DNA of 64,000 nt from Rickettsiales bacterium (GTDB lineage: Bacteria; Pseudomonadota; Alphaproteobacteria; Rickettsiales; UBA998), in assembly GCA_041749475.1 (NCBI GenBank), contig JBGTBD010000002.1, forward strand, positions 48,417 to 112,416, given 5' to 3'. Below the pieces are notes generated by a model, which was not told the DNA's origin, ran no database searches, and saw only the letters and a program-made list of their open reading frames with translations. Positions 41,033 through 48,350 of this stretch are shown here, piece after piece. The translations under genes were made by a program, and so were the position numbers. Each line of letters starts with the position of its first letter. Within the stretch, counting starts at the first letter, position 1.

Positions 41033-43669
41033 CTAAGCGACTTCGGCGTTCTCCGCGAAGGTGATGCCGAGGCGGAAGGTCTTGTCCTCCGTGAAGGTGA
41101 CGATGGGGCTAATCTGTTTCGGCTGGGCGTCCACCACCCATTCGGCGCTGTGGGCATTGCAAGCGGCCTTGAGGTCGAACTCGGTATTGACGAGGGAGAG
41201 CCACACCTGATCCTCGATATCCTCTTCGGTGCTGACGATGATCTCCTGTACCGGGAATTTCAGCGAGACGTTCTTTTCGGATTTGGCCTTGCGTACCGTG
41301 TTCAGCATGGAAACCGCGTGGATACCCGCTTGTTCGGCGATGTCGCTGTAGGGATAGAGCTCGGCGTTCGGCCACATACCGCGGGCGTGCAGCGAGCCGG
41401 TGAGTTGGAATTCCTGCTCAAAGACGTTCGAGAAAATCTCCTCCGTGATGTGGGGGACGAAGGGGGCGAATAATTTGAGGACGGCGTTCAGGCAGTGCCA
41501 GAGCGTGTGACAGGCGGATTGCTGTTCGGCTTTCCCCGCATTGCCATAGGCGCGGGATTTGACGAGTTCGAGATAATTATCGCAGAAGTCGTTCCAGAAG
41601 AAATCCTCGACGGCCATACGCGCGTCACAATATTCATAGGCGCTGAATTCGGTCGTGGCGCGTTGGATGGTCTTGTGCAGACGCGAGATGATCCAGAGAT
41701 CGAGCGTCTCGAAAATCACGCCGGATTCGATGGCATGGCGCGCGGTGGAGGGCGTGCCTTCCAACTGCTCCAGTTGCAGGCCGACGAACTTTGAGGCGTT
41801 CCATAGTTTCGTCACCAGTTTGCGGCCGATCTTCAAGAGGTCTTCGGAAAAGGCCGTATCCGCGCCGAGGCGGGAGGTGGAGGCCCAATAGCGCACCGAG
41901 TCGGTTCCTTTTTCTTCGATCAGCTCCACGGGGGTGACGACGTTGCCTTTGGATTTGGACATTTTCGTTTTATCTGAGGCCAGACACCAGCCGGAGATCA
42001 TCAGGGATTTCCATGGGGTGGTGTTCTCATGCAGATGGGCTTTCACCAGCGTGTAGAACGCCCAGGTGCGGATGATCTCGTGCGCTTGCGGGCGCATGTC
42101 GGCGGGGAAGAGTTTGCTGTAGCGCGTGGCGTCCAGCATGTCTGTGTCGTTGATGCCTTTGGCGGAGAGTTGCGGGGAGACAGAGGAGGTCGCCCATGTG
42201 TCCATCACGTCGGCTTCGGCTTCGACTTCATCGCGCGTGTAACCCTTGGGCAAATCGACCAGCGGGTTGACGGGGAGTTGGTCTGGCGTGCCGACGAGGA
42301 CTTTGCCTTCTTCACCGGGGCGTTTGGAAAACCAGACGGGGAAGGGTACGCCGTAATAACGTTGGCGCGAAATACACCAGTCCCAATTTAATCCATCAAT
42401 CCATTGCTCCATGCGCAGTTGCATCCATTCGGGATACCACTTACAGACGCGGGATTTGTCTTTGAGCTGTTCCTTCTGGTCGAGGATTTTGACGAACCAT
42501 TGGTAGGTGGGGAGGATTTCCAGCGGTGCGCCGGAACGCTCGGCGCATTTCACGGCGTGGGTGATGGGTTTGGATTCGATGAGGTCGCCGGAGGCTGCGA
42601 GCATTTCAAGAATTTTTTGCCGTGCGCCGGGATGTTTGGGGTCAGTGTTGGTGACTTTGAGGCCTTGGAGGGCTGCATAGGCTTCCTTTGCTCCGGGGAG
42701 AACCATGTCGCCCTCACCCGAAATGCTTTCGGCATTTCGACCTCTCCCGGTGGGAGAGGTGAAGTCCAGTTTGCCGTATTTGTTGAGTACGATCCGCATG
42801 TCTAAATCATGCTTCCGCCATTTTTCGATGTCCTTCTCGTCACCGAAAGTACAGCACATCATAATGCCTGTTCCCTTGTCCGGCTCGACCGTATCGTCGG
42901 TGAGGATGGGGACTTTTACGCCGAAGAGGGGGGTGATGGCGTGTCTGCCCTTTAGATGCGTATAGCGGTCGTCATCGGGATGGTAAAAAATAGCGACGCA
43001 GGCGGGGATGAGTTCGGGGCGCGTCGTGCCGATGGTAATTTTTTCCGACGAGCCATCAATCGCGAACGTGATGTCGTTAAACGTGCTCGGCAGTTCTTTA
43101 TCTTCGATCTCGGCTTGCGCGATAGCGGTTTGGTCTACGGGGTCCCAGAGCATCGGCTGGAGTTTGCGGTAGGCGTTATTCTTGTGGAAGAGGTCGAGGA
43201 AGGACATCTGCGAGATCTTCCGCGATTCGTCGCTGATGGTGTGATACTCTTGACGCCAATCGACCGAGAGGGCGGCGGACTGGAAGAGGCGGCGGAATTC
43301 GGCGCGGGCTTCGAGAGTGACGATATTGCACTGCTCGATAAATTCCTCACGCGACATATCGGTCGCGCGTTTCTTAATGATCTTCTCGACTAGCCGTTCG
43401 GTGGGGAGGCCGTTATCGTCGAAGCCCATCGGATAAAACACGGTCTTGCCCAGCATGCGCTGGAAGCGGGCGACAAAATCGCAATGGGTATAGCTGAAGA
43501 TATGGCCCATGTGCAGCAGGCCGGACACGGTGGGAGGAGGGGTGTCAATGACGAACGTGTCCTCCCGGCTGGCGGATTCGTCCCAATGGTACGTCCCAGC
43601 GGTCAGCCAGTGTTCCTGCCAGTGTTTTTCACGGAGTGTATGGTCATATTGGTCGGGTAATGGGCGCAT
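41033..43669 (-). CDS. valS: Valine--tRNA ligase (Rickettsia/archaeal-like type)
   Basis: 878 aa with the HIGH-type motif PPPTVSGLLHMGHIFSY and KMSKSKGN. The N-terminal region resembles Rickettsia ValRS as I remember it. No long C-terminal coiled-coil is obvious. Confidence 0.95.
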   Translation of the reverse strand: MRPLPDQYDHTLREKHWQEHWLTAGTYHWDESASREDTFVIDTPPPTVSGLLHMGHIFSYTHCDFVARFQRMLGKTVFYPMGFDDNGLPTERLVEKIIKKRATDMSREEFIEQCNIVTLEARAEFRRLFQSAALSVDWRQEYHTISDESRKISQMSFLDLFHKNNAYRKLQPMLWDPVDQTAIAQAEIEDKELPSTFNDITFAIDGSSEKITIGTTRPELIPACVAIFYHPDDDRYTHLKGRHAITPLFGVKVPILTDDTVEPDKGTGIMMCCTFGDEKDIEKWRKHDLDMRIVLNKYGKLDFTSPTGRGRNAESISGEGDMVLPGAKEAYAALQGLKVTNTDPKHPGARQKILEMLAASGDLIESKPITHAVKCAERSGAPLEILPTYQWFVKILDQKEQLKDKSRVCKWYPEWMQLRMEQWIDGLNWDWCISRQRYYGVPFPVWFSKRPGEEGKVLVGTPDQLPVNPLVDLPKGYTRDEVEAEADVMDTWATSSVSPQLSAKGINDTDMLDATRYSKLFPADMRPQAHEIIRTWAFYTLVKAHLHENTTPWKSLMISGWCLASDKTKMSKSKGNVVTPVELIEEKGTDSVRYWASTSRLGADTAFSEDLLKIGRKLVTKLWNASKFVGLQLEQLEGTPSTARHAIESGVIFETLDLWIISRLHKTIQRATTEFSAYEYCDARMAVEDFFWNDFCDNYLELVKSRAYGNAGKAEQQSACHTLWHCLNAVLKLFAPFVPHITEEIFSNVFEQEFQLTGSLHARGMWPNAELYPYSDIAEQAGIHAVSMLNTVRKAKSEKNVSLKFPVQEIIVSTEEDIEDQVWLSLVNTEFDLKAACNAHSAEWVVDAQPKQISPIVTFTEDKTFRLGITFAENAEVA
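42709..42759. repeat. Family D palindromic element copy lying in frame inside valS
   Basis: The minus-strand sequence is CCTCTCCCACCGGGAGAGG-TCGAAATGCCGAAAGCATTTCG-GGTGAGGGCG. Nineteen of 19 and 8 of 8 nt match the intergenic copy at 14392, with an analogous middle hairpin. It is 51 nt (17 codons) and is translated as SPTGRGRNAESISGEGD. Confidence 0.65.
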
Positions 43670-43721
43670 ATAGTATCATATGTATGCGCCCATCACTTAA
43701 AATCCAGTAAAAAATGGTGGT

Positions 43722-46700
43722 TTAGAAGCTTAAACCCGGAATTTCGAAGGGTGTTGACTTGACTCCGGACGTTCCATCGCCACTGGATTGCGATTTTCCG
43801 TTCCCACCCCAGCAATACATCTTACCGTTCAGCCGTAATCCGCAGCTGTGATCCACCTGGGTGGTCACATACTGCCAATCCGTGGCTGTGCCGATTTTAG
43901 CCGGGGTCGAGATGGAGCCGGTCGTAGTCCCGTTCCCTACGAGACCGCCGGTTTGATCGCCCCAGCAATATAGTTCACGGTTGGAACGGATCCCGCAGGT
44001 GTGCGTATTGGCAGGGGCAAGCTGTGCCCAGTCGGTATGGCTACCCAATACCAGCGTGGGTATGTTGCGGTCAGTCGTCGTCCCGTCGCCCACTTGGCCG
44101 TCCGAGTTACTTCCCCAGCAATAGGCGCGGTATCCGTTACGGATGCCGCATGTGGTGTCATGCAGCGTGTAGATACCGACCCAGTCGGTATGGTTTCCAC
44201 TGACTTGCACGGGTGAACTTTGGTCGGTGTTGTTGCCATTGCCCAGCTGACCGGAGCTATTATCGCCCCAGCAGTATGCCCTGCCGGTGGATTGGATGCC
44301 GCAGGCGTGTTCTCCCCCGGTGGCGAATTTTACCCATTCATTACTGGAGCCGGCAACTTCGGTTGGGACGTAACGGTCTGTGGTGGAGCCATCACCCACC
44401 GTGCCGGCGGTGTTGGTTCCCCAGCAATAGAGGCGGCCGTTATTACGCAACGCACATACGGTGCGGCCATCTACGTCGAAGTCCACCCAGTCGGTATAGC
44501 CACCTGAGATTTCAACCGGTACATCAGTATCCGTTGCAGCTGGGCCTTGTCCCAGCCATGGGCCTGCGAAGCCCCAGCAATAGAGTTTGCCGTTACGCAG
44601 ACCACAGCTACCTTGAAAATCGGTATCGATGGAATCCCAGTCCGTGTAGCCGCCGCTCACCACCGAAGCCGCAACAGCAGCCGTGTCATGATCCACCAGA
44701 TCGCCGACCCCGAGAACCGGGCCGCCCAGACCCCAGCATCGCGCCACCCCGCTGTCCTCGACAGCACAGGTCATTTTATTCCCGGTCGATATACGCTTCG
44801 TACCGTACGCAGGGCAGCTCATGCTGGGAAGAGGAGTAATCCGCGTCGGTATAGAGATATCGGAAGCGGGACGCGGGGTGATGCCCAGTGCGCCCGGCCC
44901 GGTGGCACGATCTACATCTCCCCAACAATAGACGGAACAACCGATGCGTCCACATACGGATTCTTCGCCAGGTTTGACTTCATTCCAGCCGGTCTTGGAT
45001 CCATTGACTGCGGTTGGCGTCGTCGCTTGCGATGCCGTGCCGCCACCAACTCCCAGCGGGCCAAAGGAATTTTTACCCCAGCAGTAGGCTGTGTTGCTGG
45101 TGCCACGGATACCGCAAGCCATGGCATAGTTGGCATCCACATACGTCCAGTCGCTGAAGCCGCTATTATTTTCCGTCGGTATCGCTTTATTCGTCGTATT
45201 CCCGATACCTAGCTGTCCAACATCGTTCAGACCCCAGCAATAAATACGGTTATTGCGGATGCCGCAGCTGAAATCCTCGCCGACCGCAACGGTTGACCAG
45301 TCGCTATATGCGCCGTATACGATGGTCGGGTCATATTGATCGGCGAGCGTTGTATCGTCCCCTAATTCCCCGTGGGAATCATTCCCCCAGCAATAGAGCC
45401 GTCCGTCAACCTTAAGGGCGCAGGAATGATTATGACCCCCATCCACCTGCTTCCAATAGCGATATGACGTATCAGGAACAGCCGTCGCCGCCGTAGGTGC
45501 AGAACGTGTGGTGGTCGTTCCGTCACCTAGCTTACCGTTGGTATTTGCCCCCCAGCAATAAAGGTGTCCGTCCGAGCGGATGGCACAGGAATGCTGTTGG
45601 CCGACGCCGACTTCAGACCAGTCTGTATAAGTCTGCACGTCATTAGGCACTAGATTATTGGTGGTACTGCCATCGCCCAGACTATGGTTGGCGCCACTGC
45701 CCCAGCATTGGACGACTCCGGTTTTGTGCAAGGCACACGTATGATCGTCTACCGAGGTGAGCTTCAGATAATTTGTCTGGTTGCCGGAGACCGACACTGG
45801 GCCATCCGAATTCACACCGGACCCGTCACCCAAATCGCCATTAACGTTTTGACCCCAGCAATAGGCGCGGCCGCTATCAATGACGCAAGCATGGTCGCTT
45901 CCCACAGCAAGTTGCGACCCGAAGAGCGAGGTGGGGTGAGTGCCCCCTGCTACGACTGGGGTGCCGTCACAATTCATATTGATTGAGTCCACCAATTTCG
46001 GCGTGGACGAGCTGATGGTGGAGCCATCTCCGAACTGGCCGATGGAATTATCTCCCCAGCAATACATCTGGCCCGAGGCACGAAGACCGCAAATATACTG
46101 GCTGGTATTAACGACATAGACCCAATCCGTGATACCTCCTGGCACTTCTTTAGGTAATCTAATGCAATTGGTATTGTTCACTGAAGAGCTGACGGTGGCA
46201 CAATTGATTGTGGTGCTGCTGGGATCAATCAGGCCATTAAAATTCATTCCCCAACAATACATACGTCCATTCGTTCGAATTCCGCAGGATGTGTCGCCAG
46301 GTTTTACATAGACCCAATCATCCCAATAAACCCCGTTTACATCACTTTCCACTTTTACAGGGGTAGCGCGATATGTAATTGTGCCATCGCCAAGATTTCC
46401 ATAATCATTATCTCCGAAACAATAAGCTTCACCATTGCTACGGACGGCGCACGTGGAACGAGAATTGACGCTTCCTCCACTCGTTACGCTCACAAAATCA
46501 GCGAAACCGCTGATCTGGTTGGGGACCTGTCGATGTTGTGCCAACCCTGATCCACCATCCACGTCTCCATCAAGATTGTCACGTCCCCAACAATATAAAA
46601 GACCGGTTCCTCGAATTCCACAGGTGTTATTGTGACCACCTGCCATGATTTGAACCCAGTCTGAATAGCCTGGTGTAGAATCATCGGACTTATGCACTTC

Positions 46701-48116
46701 TTGAGGTGTAGATTTAAAATTGGGGTCGCATTTGCCATCCGAATTCGTATCCACGCAGCCTATTCCTAATTGTCCATAAATGTCTGCACCCCAGCAATAC
46801 GCTTTCGCAGAACCGGGGGCTCCAACAAGACCACAGGTATTGCTGTTTGCGGCGCTGATTTGGCTCCAATTTGTAAATCCTCCGCTTACCAGTTGAGGAT
46901 AGGGATATTTGGTATCGGTGGTTAATCCGTTCCCCATACGTCCGTAGGATTCTCCTCGTCCCCAGCAATACGCTTTCCCATTGCTGACCCCGCACGGACC
47001 ATTGGCACCGCCGGGGGAAATACTCGTCCAATTGGAAAGCCCCTCCACTCGGTTAGGTATGGTACGAAAATCAGGTAGAACCTCGTCTACACCATCTCCA
47101 TTGGATTCTCCCGTATCATCTCCCCAACAGTACAATTCTCCATTTGCGTCGATGGCACAACTAAAATCAGCGCCTGTGGCAATCTTCCCAAATGTGGTGG
47201 TGGCCGTACAGCTGCCGCTGGAAGAAGATGATGTGGAAGAGCTCGTACTCGATGATGTGGAAGAGCTCGTGCTCGATGATGTGGAAGAGCTCGTGCTTGA
47301 GGAAGTAGAGGAGCCCGAGGACGACGACCCACCCGATGAACTTGAGGATGAGCTGGTGGTGGCGATGCTGGAGGTCATTTCCTGACGCGTCCGGGTGATC
47401 ACTACATCGTAATAATAGCCGCTTCCGCTTGCTATATCGATAATGGGGGCATTGGTGAAGCTGGCGTCGTTGTCGCAATTCTTGCGATCCAGTTCCGTTG
47501 ATCCGCAGGCGGTAAGAACACCGTTTTTGGAATACCCGCCTTTCCGATCCTTCCCATGACTGATGAGGGCATAGGCGTTTACGTCCAGCGTTGTACCGCC
47601 GGAGGTGACGGCGTCCGCAGCATCGCGGATTTCAATCACGCCATTGGTCAGTGCGGTCGTGTACCCGTCGTATAATGATGTGCTGCGTGCCAGTTGCTTG
47701 ATGACCACATATTTAATGCGGTTGCCCCATTTGTCGTACATATAACTATCGGGGATAGAAAGAGCGCGGGTAGGGACCACACCGATGCGTAATGCGTCGG
47801 TCGAAGCGCCGCCTGCCGGGGTGGCATCCGCCGTACCTGCCGGTGCGGCCGCGCTACAATCCGTCGGCTTACCAAAGGTTGTAGAATTAGTGGCCGTTAC
47901 GCCACTAGCGGGGCAGGGAAGATAGCCACGCTTCTGATAGAAAGTCGCCAGCGCGTTCTGGATTTCTTCCATATGGTCGGTCGTGGTGTTGAGGGACGCC
48001 TTGTCGCGGCGGACGGTATTGGAGGACAGCAAGCCGGCCATCAGGATGCCAAGTACCGCCAGAATGACGGATAGTTCGATCAGGGAAAAACCGTGTAGAT
48101 GGCGTTTATGCTGCAT
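43722..48116 (-). CDS. Giant prepilin-signal protein: pilin-like N-domain + Ser/Thr linker + 21 RCC1-type beta-propeller blades
   Basis: 1464 aa. It has a class III signal MQHKRHLHG|FSLIELSVILAVLGIL (Gly-1, Phe+1, Glu+5), a ~230-aa domain shared with three paralogues, and a ~55-aa Ser/Thr tract. I counted 21 C[WF]G-centred repeats by eye (consensus ..DW....G..H[ST]C[GA][IL]R..G..YCWG.N..GQLGDG.T..), which fits RCC1-like repeats. Confidence 0.85.
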   Translation of the reverse strand: MQHKRHLHGFSLIELSVILAVLGILMAGLLSSNTVRRDKASLNTTTDHMEEIQNALATFYQKRGYLPCPASGVTATNSTTFGKPTDCSAAAPAGTADATPAGGASTDALRIGVVPTRALSIPDSYMYDKWGNRIKYVVIKQLARSTSLYDGYTTALTNGVIEIRDAADAVTSGGTTLDVNAYALISHGKDRKGGYSKNGVLTACGSTELDRKNCDNDASFTNAPIIDIASGSGYYYDVVITRTRQEMTSSIATTSSSSSSSGGSSSSGSSTSSSTSSSTSSSTSSSTSSSTSSSTSSSSSGSCTATTTFGKIATGADFSCAIDANGELYCWGDDTGESNGDGVDEVLPDFRTIPNRVEGLSNWTSISPGGANGPCGVSNGKAYCWGRGESYGRMGNGLTTDTKYPYPQLVSGGFTNWSQISAANSNTCGLVGAPGSAKAYCWGADIYGQLGIGCVDTNSDGKCDPNFKSTPQEVHKSDDSTPGYSDWVQIMAGGHNNTCGIRGTGLLYCWGRDNLDGDVDGGSGLAQHRQVPNQISGFADFVSVTSGGSVNSRSTCAVRSNGEAYCFGDNDYGNLGDGTITYRATPVKVESDVNGVYWDDWVYVKPGDTSCGIRTNGRMYCWGMNFNGLIDPSSTTINCATVSSSVNNTNCIRLPKEVPGGITDWVYVVNTSQYICGLRASGQMYCWGDNSIGQFGDGSTISSSTPKLVDSINMNCDGTPVVAGGTHPTSLFGSQLAVGSDHACVIDSGRAYCWGQNVNGDLGDGSGVNSDGPVSVSGNQTNYLKLTSVDDHTCALHKTGVVQCWGSGANHSLGDGSTTNNLVPNDVQTYTDWSEVGVGQQHSCAIRSDGHLYCWGANTNGKLGDGTTTTRSAPTAATAVPDTSYRYWKQVDGGHNHSCALKVDGRLYCWGNDSHGELGDDTTLADQYDPTIVYGAYSDWSTVAVGEDFSCGIRNNRIYCWGLNDVGQLGIGNTTNKAIPTENNSGFSDWTYVDANYAMACGIRGTSNTAYCWGKNSFGPLGVGGGTASQATTPTAVNGSKTGWNEVKPGEESVCGRIGCSVYCWGDVDRATGPGALGITPRPASDISIPTRITPLPSMSCPAYGTKRISTGNKMTCAVEDSGVARCWGLGGPVLGVGDLVDHDTAAVAASVVSGGYTDWDSIDTDFQGSCGLRNGKLYCWGFAGPWLGQGPAATDTDVPVEISGGYTDWVDFDVDGRTVCALRNNGRLYCWGTNTAGTVGDGSTTDRYVPTEVAGSSNEWVKFATGGEHACGIQSTGRAYCWGDNSSGQLGNGNNTDQSSPVQVSGNHTDWVGIYTLHDTTCGIRNGYRAYCWGSNSDGQVGDGTTTDRNIPTLVLGSHTDWAQLAPANTHTCGIRSNRELYCWGDQTGGLVGNGTTTGSISTPAKIGTATDWQYVTTQVDHSCGLRLNGKMYCWGGNGKSQSSGDGTSGVKSTPFEIPGLSF
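47227..47298. repeat. 24-bp tandem repeat (3 near-identical units plus degenerate flanks) encoding the (SSST)n linker
   Basis: GATGATGTGGAAGAGCTCGTACTC / ...GTGCTC / ...GTGCTT at 47227, 47251 and 47275. The minus-strand translation is SSTSSSTSSSTSSS... Confidence 0.9.
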
Positions 48117-48350
48117 CGATCTGTACTCCTCGGGCGTCTACACCCTAAAATTCCAATATTTAATGGTACCTCATCATCATTAATGATTTACTAATAATTG
48201 AGATTGCAGCAATAAATACGCATAGTTATGACCCCGGACAGGGCTTATTGTATAATACCGAGGTGTATTTATTCACAATAATAAACAATAATATTTACAT
48301 TATGCGCATTTTTATTTATCATATATAAATGAAAATTTCATGAGTACATT
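48117..48350. promoter_or_regulatory. AT-rich divergent intergenic (promoter) region between the giant pilin-RCC1 gene and the beta-helix gene
   Basis: 234 bp, visibly very AT-rich, between two divergent start codons. It contains a TATAAT hexamer at 48251-48256. No transcription data are available. Confidence 0.4.

Noticed and set aside
44213-45212. Plus-strand ORFs (208 and 221 aa) and other alternative-frame ORFs within the RCC1 genes. Examples are 54250-54810, 46981-47385 and 51928-52362.
   Set aside because: They run antisense or out of frame to the highly regular RCC1 repeat reading frame. Their sequences are low-complexity and carry no start-site support.
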